The position numbers were made by a program, and so were the translations under genes. The notes beneath the pieces are model-generated. The model was given only the letters and a program-made list of their open reading frames with translations. It had not been told where the DNA came from and did not search any database. DNA of 63,195 nt, filler included, from Reticulomyxa filosa (Eukaryota; Protista; Foraminifera), in assembly GCA_000512085.1 (NCBI GenBank). It is 14 parts of 14 records of this genome, joined end to end, with 100 filler letters (N's around TTAATTAATTAA, not from the genome) between each part and the next. Parts side by side here need not be neighbours in the genome. Positions count along the whole stretch, not along the records: positions 17,684 to 29,057 come from ASPP01006511.1; positions 29,158 to 35,237 come from ASPP01025342.1; positions 35,338 to 37,535 come from ASPP01018437.1; positions 37,636 to 45,011 come from ASPP01011195.1; 10 more parts are not named here. The stretch is one strand, 5' to 3'. Positions 25,577 to 38,100 of this stretch are shown piece by piece (the first letter of the stretch is position 1; the number at the start of each line of letters is the position of its first letter).

Positions 25577-26475
25577 ACATAATTATCTGCGAAAGTTGCT
25601 TGTCTTTAACTTTTGCCGTATGTTTTTTGACGGAACATTCTATATGTGTGTATGTGCATGGACAAAGGAGGCGAAGGGAAAAATGGCATCAGTCTACTCA
25701 TAATTCCGCGAACGGACGGAGTGAGTGCATTCCGCATAAATACGCAAGGACATTGGACAAGCGAAACTACACAAGTGTATTTCAAGAATGTCAAAGTGCC
25801 GATCAAAAATTTAATAGGAAAAGAAAACGAAGGATTCAAATATATCATGTTTGGTTCTTTTTTTTTTTTTTTTTTTTCTCTCTTTCTTCGGACTGTAATG
25901 GTATACGATAAAGTCCTTCATCCAATCATACACACTAATCAAGGTTCAATTTCAATCAAGAGAGATTTGGCATCGGTGCACAAGCCACGGCCAGCGCTCG
26001 TGTTTGTTTGATCGAGGCAATCCAGTACGCCAGAGAAAGGGTGGTGTTCAAACAACCCTTGATCCAGTCTCAAGTCATTCGACATAAATGCGCAGAAATG
26101 GCCAGAAAAATCCTGTCCACCTATGCGTTGATGGAAAAAGTAGCTTATCAAATGAACATGGACCCTTTGGGGGAAAAAGATACAAGTATCGGCGCAAATG
26201 TTGGATTATTCAAAGTTCAAGCCACCAAAACATTCGAATTTTGTGCTCGTGAAGCTTCTCAGATTTTTGGTGGAAAATCCTATGTTTTAGGCAGCAAAAT
26301 CGATCGCTTATACCGAGACGTCAGAGGATTTGCCATTTATGGGTATTTTCTTTCTCTCTTTTTAAAAAACTCGAGATATCCTTGATTTAATTTCTTTCTC
26401 TCTCTTGTAAATACAATACATAGAGGATCGGAAGAGATCATGTTGGATGCAGCGACTAGACTTGCACGTCTATGA
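24906..26475 (+). CDS. Acyl-CoA dehydrogenase, 4 exons, C-terminal ARL (PTS1-like)
   Basis: 'LAISESGYGSDVANIETTA', 'VNGNKKWISNG', 'GFKYIMFNFNQER', 'ASQIFGG', 'RLYRDVRGFAIYGGSEEIM'. Introns 25486-25667, 25849-25943, 26343-26423. Ends '...ATRLARL*'. Confidence 0.92.
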
Positions 26476-26839
26476 CCATGTTTTATTGTGCGGTCTATAC
26501 TTGGAAGAAACTGCTTCGTTAAATGCTGTCACAGCAATGACTGTCTTTTATCAAAGACAATTACTATGTCAAACTGAATATCGTTTTCATCTATTACATT
26601 TTATTTCGATGACCTTTTTGAAAATAAATTTTTTGTTTGTTTTGCTGCTGTTCAAACAATTAAACGAATTAATCCTCTTTGAGTCTCAATTCAAATCTCC
26701 CATTGCAAACTTTTATTCAACAAAATACCAACACTTCAAAAACAAAATAAATTTGAAAAACGAGACAACAACTTTCAAAAAAAAACACAGCGTTTTGAAC
26801 TTTCACTTAATTTTTGTTACCAATTGCTTAAGAGATCAA

Positions 26840-27926
26840 ATGAAATCCAACACTGAAAACGAGAAATTACTGGAGAATGCAACTGAAAATGATTTTGATC
26901 TGAGTGCCTTGCATCAACCATCTTCACAACTGAAAAACATGGAAATTTCAGAAATTGAAGTAAAGAGTGACGATGAATCCGAAGACGACACAATTTTGCG
27001 CTTGGAAGGCCAAAATCTGACAGAAATACCATTGGATATAGCTCAAGCAAAAGGAGAAACAATTCGGACTTTAATTTTAACAAATAACAATATAAGGCAC
27101 GAAAAATAATTTCCCCCTGTCAATAAAAAAAAAAAACAAATATAAATAAAAAAAAAAAAAAATTATGAATGTATGGCTTTATTTAAAACATTTGGAAACA
27201 GATCTTTGGCAAATTTACAGCATTTTAAGCGATTGGAAACACTACAATTGGACAGAAATGAAATGGAAAGTATTGATGACATGCCCAAAATGCCTTATTT
27301 ACGTACTTTATGGTTAAACAATAACCAATTGTCAGATATGCAGAGCTTGCTTCGCATTTTAACTAAAAACGTATACTTTATTGTATAGTATCTTTATTTT
27401 TATAACGTTGTAAGCAAAAGGTTTTTTGTTTCTGAAAAAAAGTGTCCACGATTGACCTATTTATCGTTGTTGCGAAATCCGCTTTGTCCAGCAATATACT
27501 TTCAACATGGTAATGATGATAAGTATCGGCGTTATCGACATAGCATATTGTACCATTTGCATGGACTGACCTCTTTGGACACAACCGAAGTAACCAAAAA
27601 AGAGAGGAATGAGGCAATGGAAAAAGGAAATATCTAGTCATAAAAAAACCTTCACAAGCGCAAGTTATTAACTAAAAAAAAAAAAAAAAAAGGATGGAAA
27701 GAAGCACAATGAGAAAAAAACACTACCTATACAATATACAAACATGTATTTCTAATGTTTTGGTTGTTTGCAGATGCAGGAGACAGAAGAAGCAACGGAA
27801 GATTCTCAACCACCTACGGATTTAAAGCGGAAGACAGAACCGGCGACTTTCTTTGGAAAAGGAAGTATCAAATGTGATGGTGCGGACTCACAAGGAAACA
27901 AATTCATCTTGGATGGTGAGCTGTGA
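26840..27926 (+). CDS. Leucine-rich repeat protein resembling LRMDA (C10orf11)
   Basis: LRRs 'LETLQLDRNEM', 'LRTLWLNNNQL', 'LTYLSLLRNPLCP', LRRcap 'YRRYRHSILYHLHGLTSLD', and C-terminal 'GADSQGNKFILDGEL' similar to the LRMDA SEGNRFI motif. Introns 27097-27201 (GC-AG), from 27371 and from 27664. Confidence 0.75.
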
Positions 27927-29157
27927 TAACAATATTCTCTTTTTTCTGGTCCAAAAAAAAACTATTGTTTTACTTGTTTTACAATTTTCAGGTAATCATT
28001 TACTTGAGCTAGTACCTACATTAAATCGTTAACTTCATAAAATATTTTTCAGATTTTGAATGTCAACATTTTTCCTCTATACACATTTCGGGATGAATAA
28101 AGATTCATGTTTGCAAATTTACTAGTTGTAATCAAAGTGTCATTAACAACTAAAGCTGTACAATTTGTAAATGAAGGATGTGGACGTGAATGCTAGTATT
28201 AAATTCTTTTTTTACAGGATAGTTGCGTAATGTATATCATTGATTGATATAAATGATCTAATTTTTTCATTCCACAATCTATAATTTATAGTTATTTGAT
28301 TTGCTGAAATACAATTACAGTTTTCATGCGACTTCTTTGCATATCACTATACTGTTACCAACAAAGGTCGATCACAATTTTTACAAGTTTAAGACAGTAG
28401 TCTACTTCGTATTAAAACAACTAATTTCGTATACTCCATATAGCAAATAATTTTTGACATATACTAAAGTAGCGTCCAAAAAAAGTAAACAATCCAAAAA
28501 AGCATGTTATTTAAAAAGTTATTATTTTTTCTATTAGAAAAAAATACAAATGAGCTAAAAAAAATAAAATAAAGGACAAATATTGAAATAATTAGTAAAG
28601 ATTAATAAAAAACCAAAATGATATTTAAAAACTACATGATTTGTAGATATTTTTTTAAAAAATTAGGTCAACAAACAAACACAAAGCAATCAATTTTTTT
28701 CTTCTGTTTTGAAGATTTTCAAACAAAGGAGAATCAGATTTTGTACTATAAATATTACACTTTAATGCATCAAATACAGAAATAAGTAGGAAGTTATATA
28801 GAAAAAAACAAAAATCTATATTATTGTGCCAAAGAAACAATGGTGTATCAAAATATCATATGCTCACTAAAGCAAAAACTAATAGATTCATACGTTTGAA
28901 ATTCGATAAATAGACAATATTCTGAATGAAATTCAAAGATATGTTGCAATGATCTACAAATAAAATATTTTCCATTCAATAAGTTCATGCAATAATAAGT
29001 TTTGGTGCTTCAGCTAATGAAACAAAAAAATACGTAAACATAAGGATCATTTTGTTTNNNNNNNNNNNNNNNNNNNNNNNNNNNNNNNNNNNNNNNNNNN
29101 NTTAATTAATTAANNNNNNNNNNNNNNNNNNNNNNNNNNNNNNNNNNNNNNNNNNNN

Positions 29158-32100
29158 TAGTTGAGGGAAGGACATTTTTTTCGTAGATTATTTCAGCATT
29201 GATGCAAATGTACTAACATTTAATAAACACATCAGCCATACCCATGACTTGCCACATGTTTGGAGCCAGTCTGATGATATTTGAGACGATCGCCAAGGTT
29301 GCAAAATACAAGTCAATCACCAAAGCTGTAGACGTGTAATAAAATCAATTCCAATGGTTTGTTTCGCTTGTGAGCATTTGAGTTCCCCAAACACACACCA
29401 CTGTTTTTGCCAGACGAATTCCACATATCACCATTTTTGTTTACCACCAAAAAAAATGCTGAAAAACATAACGAGAAACTGCCAAAGCGCTGTGAATATC
29501 TAAAATACAAACACCTTCAAATTAAACATTGTGTCTAGCTTGAAATATTGATACGCCTTGGAGTGATTGTGCTGTCTCTTCTTTGATATCTTGTTTAAAT
29601 GCTCTTACATACAATGGGAAAGCCACAGCAAACCTAATTCAAATATATATTTATATATATGTATATGCATACACACACATGTATGAATATACAAACCAAA
29701 ATAAAAAAAGAGTTAGTAAAAAAAACTTAACAATAGATAAGGATCAAACATGGATTTCCGCATTGAACAAAGAATAGAATCCAAAGTACGCCAAAGGCAT
29801 TATGAAAACCATTTTTGTACAAAGAGATTAGAGACAAAGTAGATGGGTCGTATACGAACAACAAGCGAGACAAGTATCGAAAGTGATGAATGACAAAGTC
29901 GGTAGCTTAAGGAAGCTTGTGTGTCTTCCTTATCCATAATCCCCAACCCAATATTCGATTCTTGGATCATCGACATATATCATTGGATCCAGTCGCCAAC
30001 CGAGATTTCGACATTGCCACAAGTATTGCTTTCTGAGCACGGGTTCGCTCGGTTGCAGAAAATCTTACCACAGCTGAATCCCCAAAAATCAATTGCAAGT
30101 TAATATTGTGCAAATGTATTATCTCAAAATTTTTTATTCATTTATTATTATCCAACTATTGAAACAGCAAGATAAAATCTTCAATCAAAGCTTCATCCAA
30201 ACACATTTCCAAAGAGTCTCCATTGATGATGATAGCATTTTTCGGAGATTGAAAAGGCGAAGTCCCACCGATAAGTGATATCTTGATGTTCATGTTTCAG
30301 GCAATCAATGCCTCGCGGTTGACGGTAATCACCTCTTCCGTCGTCAACTCATCGTTAATCAAATCTAACAGTCTTTTCGACAAACTGGTTGATTGACTTT
30401 TCGAGAGCTTTCGGATCACTCATGTCAGATGGGCAGTTTGGCCGACAAAATAATCAATTGCGACACTATTAAGTGCTCTGCGATCATTCCAGCTTGTCGC
30501 CCGCAACATCACTACTTTGATGTTTGCCTATTTCAATTTCGACATGGTTTCGGGCACTCCTTCTTGTAAGCTGGTCTTTAACAGCTGTACATCCGAGCAA
30601 TTGCAAGGAGTTGTTGTCAGCATATGATTAACTCGCTTCCAGGTCATCACATTACAAGCGTGCGACTTTCGGTTTTGGTAAAGTTGGTCAAATTGCGCTT
30701 GGTGCGAATGGTGATGTTTTTGTCATCATCCGTGTAAATTGCAAATATCACGCTATCCGCGCCTTTGGTATACAGGCTGATCTGTCCACTCTAGTCTTCC
30801 ACTATCACCTGTCATTCGCTTGCGTTTCGCAGAAAATTCCAGTGTTCCCAGCACTTTGAACTGCCGAACAAACGAGCGATCATTCGGTGCTAAGTTACCT
30901 TTTCTGCTTACTTTAAAAAATTACATTGTTGTTGTTATTGCTTATCGTTGTGTGAATACTCAAAAAAAAAAATACAATTATGTATATATGTTTTTGTTGG
31001 TGTTAACCATGTTTAGCACTGTGACAAAATCTCACTCGTATGCTTTGATCTGCCAAACGACCTTCCAAAACAACACTATGATCAACCAAAACTTCAGCAA
31101 AGGCAACTGCATCGGGACTAGGAATCATATAATCGATTTCTTCTTCGACGTAAGAACGTCGGGTTGGAATCTTCGTGACATTTGGAAGCCTGGTTTTGTT
31201 TATTGTGTTGCATTTGCTTTTTGTCTTGTGCGTTTTTTAAGATGCCATTTATGTCTTTGTTCCCCCGTTTTCATGTCATCTTCAAGGTGTTACACTTCAT
31301 TCATTTGGACTTCCTCTTTATCATTATTATCATCTTCTTCTTCTTCGTTAACTTCTGCAATTACATGCATGTTCTTTTTTTTTCATTATTATCATCATCA
31401 TTTTATTGTTGTTTATTCATGCATCTATCTTTGCCTGATTCATTACCTTCGTTTGTAGCTTCTTCTTGTTTTTGTTTTTGTACTTTGTCGTCTCAGTCTT
31501 TGGGCTTGGTAATTTTGTTTTCGACAAAGTCATTGCCACTGTTACTTTCCATGTTGGTGAGCGAAATAGTATCCATGATAACAGTAGCTCCGTACAGAGC
31601 CAGCCGGTTGTTTCGATTGAACGGAACAAATAATGTGTCTTTATGTACAAGATGAAAGTGATGTTCGAGCATGTCGGCACTATTGATCACTTTGTGCTAT
31701 ACAACCAGCGGCGTTGCGCTGCATATTAACAAACACAGCAGAAAATGAATCTCTTTGCTTTTCTCGATTTTCTCGATTTTCTTGATTTTCTCGATAAGCT
31801 CAAACGAAGCGCTGTGTCGACATCAAATTCAATAATCAAACATACTCCTCACTCAATGCTATCATAGCCGACTGTGAAGAAGAGGTCGTGCCACGAATGT
31901 CATTTTGCACTTTTCGATCCAATATCGAACATCTGTTTCACACATGCACACGATTATTTGCACAATAACAGTATATCATATAAATATATAAACTCAACTT
32001 GTAAAGCTCCATTTGATTTTGTTTCAGTTTTGTTGGTGAAAACATAATTGAAGTGGCCTAACTCTTCATTCATATTTGAGTTTTTCACTTTTGCAAAACG

Positions 32101-32850
32101 CTTCTACAAGCTGTTGTCTCGAGTTGTGTCGCGACTCAAGAGGAGCATGCGCAGACTGTCGACTCCGCTTACATCGTCATTACTATTGTTGTCGTCGATC
32201 GTTTGAAAATTGGACGGATTGCCATGGTAATACGTTAGAGATTCATCCCATGCTATCCATTGGAATTGAATTACCTTCAATTCGGAAAAAAAGAAAAAAA
32301 AAACATTGATCAAATGCAAAATTTACACATACATATATGTATATGTTTGCTTTAAAACGTAATAAATAATTTTGACTAATTCCATGGTGATATACAAAAA
32401 AAAATGGAATCATCCACGAAGTAACAACAAGCCATGTGGCAATGTCAATGAACCATGAGCTGGCCTGATGTCTTCGGTTGAGTTCATGAAAAGGCTAAGA
32501 GATAAGATTTGTAGCAATGCCCAGCGCAATGCACAACAAGACATTGAAGATCAAAATACATAAAATGCATTTGTTCAACATGATTTCAAACTGACTAAAT
32601 TTAAATGGGACTTGATTGTGATTCAACATGAGTTTTGTTTCTCGGCCCACATATATCACGAGTGCATACACGTACTGTGTGTTCACTAATTTGCTTCCGC
32701 GAAATAGAAAGTGCTCGTCATTCAGTGCACATATCACCATTTCCTCGTCCTTCATTCGTTGTGAACGTTCATCTTTTTGAATAGGCGCGAGTAGATATTC
32801 TGACGTCATTTTTTTTAAAAAAAGATAACAAATAAGCACATTATACACAT
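29158..32850 (-). pseudogene. P4-type ATPase (phospholipid flippase) pseudogene retaining introns
   Basis: Motifs in order: 'FLFRGSKLVNTQYVYALVIYVGRETKLMLN', 'SPDAVAF', 'LEFSAKRKRM', 'LYTKGADSVI', 'LQEGVPETMSKLK*ANIKV', 'SVGD...SMIQESNIGLGI'. Many stops and frameshifts, and no intact DKTGT motif was found. Confidence 0.8.
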
Positions 32851-33687
32851 ATATATTTTTTTTATATTAAAAAAAAGCCAACATTTTTTGATCAAATGAT
32901 TGTATCAAACACAGAGAAAAAAAAAAGGTGATTAAAAAAAAAAACTATTCAATTTTTGAATTTGTCTCCATACATATTAGATATGATGATGTACATAAGC
33001 ATAGACAGGACGTATGTCCATTGGCGGTATCTTTATTGCAATGAACATTTTCGCCATTTGCAACATGTCTTTTATAAAATAATGATACCTCGCTGGAACT
33101 ACCCATCCAATATGCATTAACGTCTTTTTATACACTTTTTTTCAAAAGTCCTTTTTTTCCATTTTGTTCAATAACTTTTCTTCTTATATCACACTGAACA
33201 ACACAGATTGTTGTACACAATTGCGCATGTAAAGTCCAAAGGTGATGTAGTCATTTCAATGGACATGTCTCGCTTTATTATATATAAATATAAAATCTAT
33301 TCTAAACTTAATTTGTCTAGCCCCTTTCGAAAAAAAAACGACACAAAAAATGTTTACTTTGTATTTACGCAAAATGCAACGCAAAAAAGTATTTTGCAAA
33401 TTAAAGAGAATCTACCTTATGAAATGATGCCAAAGACAGTAAAACTAGATTTTTCTGCTGTTGATTCAATGAAATAACAAAATACGAACTTTAATCTGGA
33501 AAAAAAAAACCCTTTGAACGTGATTGATTAAGTTAACGCTGTAAAACAAAAAATAGCTACAACATATTAGAAGAAAGATGGTCAAGACCGTTATTCCAGT
33601 ACATTTGTAAAAAAAGATAAAGAAGTAGACGTTTGTAAAGTTACAAACTTTCATTTTTTTATTTTTTTATATAATTTGTAGTTTGAA

Positions 33688-34083
33688 CAGTCTGAAGAAG
33701 AAAAGATTCAAGATATTATACAACATTGGATTCGGATATTGCACATCAAATTCGGATGGATTCATGAGTTTGACAAACTCCTTGCCAAATATGTTAGTTT
33801 TTGTTCTTTCTTTCAAACACAAATCAGAATATTCAAATGTTTATTTAATAGTATTGGTAATTCAAATGTGATATGTTCTGGATCATTGTATAATACAATT
33901 AGATGTTGGGATATTCGATCAAATAAGGAAGAATTATATTTGATAAATGGAAGTGATTAAAAAGATGATGGAGTGTTGTGTATTAAATTTGGAGTATTGG
34001 AAAAGAAAAAAAATTCAAAGATTATTATCGTACTAATTTATATTATGGCTCAAAAAAAGGTCAAATTTATGTTTTTGGATAAA
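33688..34083 (+). pseudogene. Internally deleted member of the expanded WD40 family
   Basis: The N-terminal motif 'EEEKIQDIIQHWIRILHIKFGWIHEFDKLLAKY' is followed almost directly by the last repeat 'NVICSGSLYNTIRCWDIRSNK...*KDDGVLCIKF'. Contains an in-frame stop. Confidence 0.7.
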
Positions 34084-34405
34084 TTATTTACATTTACAAC
34101 ATTTTTTAGAATTAATTTCAATTTTTAAAATTATTTTTTAAAAATTTGTAAGTGATTGATGTGACCTGGTGGGTGTTAACTTGAACCCAACTTAGTATAT
34201 TCCTAAAATAACGAACAATACTAAGAAAATGGTTTTTTTTCTATACTGTTGGCGTATTCTTACATTAAAATACCTTAAAGCAAGCGATTGCATTGTCTGT
34301 TAAAAAAGAAAATGACGATGTTGCGGTCAATCTGTCTGGGACTGCCTAAATGGCAAAGTACAATTACTCCGTTCCGCATTTCTAATCACCGACATCTACT
34401 GGATC

Positions 34406-34684
34406 ATGGACGAATTGATAATGATCAGCATTGACAGCAAAGCAAATAAGATAAAAATAGTAATAAAATTGAGAGAGTATTTAATAATAGTAAAAGACAA
34501 TGTAATATGCATAACCGCGATAGGAAAGAGATATTATTCAAGCAAGAGCATGGGAAGTGAGAACAGAAAGGAGATGACATTGGGATATCAAGGAGAAGCA
34601 TTGTCATCAATAGGAGAAGTAAGTCTGTTAGAGATAATATCGAATGAAAGAGAAAGGAGAAGACAAAACCAGAAAATGATTTGA
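34406..34684 (+). pseudogene. MutL-family (MLH3/PMS-like) GHKL ATPase N-terminal fragment
   Basis: 'ELIMISIDSKA', 'IVKDNVICI', 'IGKRYYSSK', 'TLGYQGEALSSIGEVSLLEIIS' correspond to ELxENSLDA, DNGxG, TSK and GFRGEAL. Key N and G residues are lost and no continuation is visible. Confidence 0.7.
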
Positions 34685-35337
34685 TGTGAACAAGTAATAT
34701 TGAAGAGCCGAACGACACACACAAAAAAAAGCAACGCAAATGAAAAAGGTAAACTAATTTATGTCAAATATATTTTTTTTTTCGGATCTGTTACTAGTGA
34801 TCTTTCATAAACAGCAGTGGCCAAATATTTTTTTTCGACATATCTTAAGTCAAAGATGATTTCCTCAAAAAAAAAACACAAAGATTGAACAAAGAGTAAA
34901 AATCTCTTTGAGAAAACAACAAGAAAAATTATAAAAAATTGCCAATGTTTATTCGTCCTTATCAAAAAATTTTTTCAGCACTTCAAAAAAATTTACAACA
35001 TTAAGGACATTCTTTTTAGTTTAAAAAAATGATGTAAATTTTTCTTCATTTTTAGTCTAAATCTGATGGTGTCAATTTCATTTACTCCTCCAATATTACA
35101 TACTCTGCACCACTTCTCATTCGCTTGCTTCCTTTGCTATTGCCAGCACAACATCGCAAAGATAGCTTCACTGTCTCTTTACTTCAAACTGCTGTCAAAC
35201 ATATCGCCTGGTTTGTTCATTTATATATTTATATATANNNNNNNNNNNNNNNNNNNNNNNNNNNNNNNNNNNNNNNNNNNNTTAATTAATTAANNNNNNN
35301 NNNNNNNNNNNNNNNNNNNNNNNNNNNNNNNNNNNNN

Positions 35338-37292
35338 CGCAGTCGCCACAACCTTCGCACACGCGTTCGTTGATGAAGGCGCGGCGGTCCGGATCGGGGA
35401 ATTCCTTGCGTTTGCGGCGGCGGCGCTTCTCGGCGGCACAGGTCTGGTCGTGAATCAGGATGGTGACGCCGGCGGTATCGCGCAGTTCTTTTTGCAGGCG
35501 GTCCAGCTCGCGGCGATGGAACCTTCCACGCCCGGCGCCAGGCCTTCTTTCAGGCCGTGCGCGGTGCGGTACTTGTCCGGGTCGTCGCTGGTGATGACGA
35601 TGCGGCCAACCCCTTCGGCGTGCACCTGGCGGGTAATCATCGGCACGTCCAGGTAGCCGTCCACGTTCTGGCCACCGGTCATCGCCACCGCGTCGTTGTA
35701 CGGATCTTGTAGGTGATGTTGACCTTGCCCGCCACCGCAGCGCGGATGGCCAGCAGGCCGGAGTGGAAGTAGGTGCCGTCACCCAGGTTGGTGAACACGT
35801 GCTTGGTGGTGGTGAACGGCGCCTGGCCCAGCCAGGTGATGCCTTCGCCGCCCATCTGGGTGAAGGTCTTGGTGCTGTCGCCTTCGATCCAGTGCGCCAT
35901 GTAGTGGCAGCCGATGCCGGCCACGGCGCGGCTGCCTTCCGGCACCTTGGTACTGGTGTTGTGCGGGCAGCCACTGCAGTAATGCGGAATGCGCGCGATG
36001 GCTTCGCGCGGTTTCACCAGCTGGGCTTCTTTGTCGTCGTAGAACTTCAGGCGATCGTGGATCACCGGGCTGTCGTACAGGTTGGCCAGGCGCTTGGCGA
36101 TGGCGCGGGCGATCATGGCCGGGGTCAGCTCGCCGGCAGCCGGCAGCAGCCAGTCGCCGTGCGGCAGCGCCCATTCGCCTTTTTCGGCAAACTTGCCCAC
36201 CACGCGCGGGCGCACGTCGTCGCGCCAGTTGTACAGCTGTTCTTTCAGCTGGTATTCGATGATCTGGCGTTTTTCCTCGATCACCATGATTTCTTCCAGG
36301 CCCTCGGCAAACTGGCGCACGCCTTCCGGCTCCAGCGGCCACACCATGCCCACCTTGAAAATGCGCAGGCCGATGTCGGCGGCCAGTTTTTCGTCGATGC
36401 CCAGGTCGTCCAGCGCCTGCATCACGTCCAGGTAGCTCTTGCCACAGGTGATGATGCCCAGCCGCGCCTTGGGTGAATCCAGCGTCACGTGGTTGAGCTT
36501 GTTGACGCGGGCGTAGGCCAGCGCCGCGTACAGGCGGTGGTGCAGCACGCGCTTTTCCTGCGCCAGCGGGGTATCCGGCCAGCGGATGGACAAGCCGTCC
36601 GGCGGCAGCGGGAAGTCTTCGGGGATCAGCGTTTGCACGCGCTCGGGGCTGATGTCCACCACGGCGGCGCTTTCGATGGTGTCGGAGATGGCCTTGATCG
36701 ACACCCAGCAGCCGGAATAACGGCTCATGGCCCAGGCGTGCAGGCCGTAGTCGATCACCTCTTGCACGCCGGACGGGCTGAGCACCGGAATCATGCTGGC
36801 GGCCAGGATGTGGTCGGACTGGTGCGGGAAGGTGGACGATTTGGCGGCGTGGTCGTCGCCGCAGATCAGCAGCACGCCGCCGAACTTGCTGGTGCCGGCC
36901 ACGTTGCCGTGCTTGATCACGTCACCGGAGCGGTCCACCCCAGGGCCCTTGCCGTACCACATCGAATACACGCCGTCGTACTTGGCCCCCTCGAACATGT
37001 TCACCTGCTGCGTGCCCCACACCGCAGTGGCGGCCAGGTCTTCGTTGAGGCCCGGATGGAACACCACATTGTGCGCGGCCAGGTGCTTGCTGGCCTTCTG
37101 CATGGTCTGGTCCACGTTGCCCAGCGGCGAGCCGCGGTAGCCGGTAACGTAGCCGGCGGTGTTCAGCCCGGCGGCGCGGTCGCGCGCCTGCTGCATCATC
37201 GGCAGGCGTACCAGCGCCTGGATACCGTTGAGCAATACCTGCCCGGTAGGTGCCGTGTATTTGTCTTCCAGTTCGACGTGGCGAATCGACAT
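35338..37292 (-). CDS. Bacterial indolepyruvate:ferredoxin oxidoreductase family protein (fused type), 3'-truncated
   Basis: 'GYRGSPLG', 'GLNEDLAATAVWGTQQ', 'WYGKGPGVDRSGD', 'CSGCPHN', 'GDGTYFHSG', 'VCEGCGDC'. High GC. RBS GGAGGAG upstream. Two 1-nt deletions (~35701, ~35521). Confidence 0.93.
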
Positions 37293-37451
37293 GGTGTCTC
37301 CTCCATCTGTGTGCTTGTCGCAGCGGGTCGGGTGAAGCCTTGTGAGCCGTCCCGTCCTGGTGATGTGGCCCGGCAGCGGTAAGCTGCGGGCGATGTCTCT
37401 GTCTCTTTATAGTGTGCTGGTGGCGTGGCCACCGCTTTGTGCGAACACTAG

Positions 37452-37473
37452 TTGACGTAAACGTAAACGTCAA
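37452..37473. promoter_or_regulatory. LiuR-like operator TTGACGTAAACGTAAACGTCAA
   Basis: Dyad TTGACGT...ACGTCAA with ACGT cores at 6-bp spacing, resembling the LiuR (MerR family) consensus TT[TG]ACGT[AT][AT]ACGT[AC]AA. Lies ~160 bp upstream of the IOR start. Confidence 0.6.
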
Positions 37474-38100
37474 AAGCTTTGCGTTTTTTTCCGCCTCGCG
37501 CACACGCGAGTGCGGCAAATGTGCCAGTGCAGCAANNNNNNNNNNNNNNNNNNNNNNNNNNNNNNNNNNNNNNNNNNNNTTAATTAATTAANNNNNNNNN
37601 NNNNNNNNNNNNNNNNNNNNNNNNNNNNNNNNNNNTTTTTTTTTTTGATTTTCTTGTAACTATGTTACACAGTCATAACATCGCCAAAGTAGTCTTTGGT
37701 TTGCTTAAGTATAATTTCAAAAATTAAGTACCAATGGTATTCTTTAGAGCTGTAAATGTTAAAACAGATAATTTGCAAGTTAGTCACTACTTTTAATTAA
37801 AATACTATCAAGTCTTTTATTACAGTAACCGTCACAAAAAATATATTTCATCATATCACTATGCAACGAAAATAGACAAAAAAAGAATGCTCTTGCGTCA
37901 GTGTATTACACGCGAAACAGAATATTAACCAAGTTACGCACGTACACAAAAAAATCAACGCCTTTTACGTGTAAACAAAAAACTGTTGGCTGACGAAGCC
38001 AAAAAACGAGGGGGTCAATAAAAGAGAGGCATTTGTGCTTTTGAAAAACCTGCTTTGCTATTACTCGACTATATCTGTTCATCGTAAAAGTTTATTTTGG

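Noticed and set aside
25498-25580. (TATATG)n and (TA)n arrays as CRISPR or telomeric repeats (also 17684-17733, 18300-18398)
   Set aside because: Simple intronic microsatellites with no spacers. No CRISPR, rRNA or tRNA was recognised in the window.
26447-26839. 5' extension of the 220-aa ORF upstream of the LRR gene
   Set aside because: It overlaps the last acyl-CoA dehydrogenase exon and AT-rich intergenic DNA. The plausible start is the ATG at 26840.
35763-37518. Long overlapping ORFs in the GC-rich contigs (also 45418-46585)
   Set aside because: Expected stop-poor shadow frames at high GC, with no recognisable motifs.
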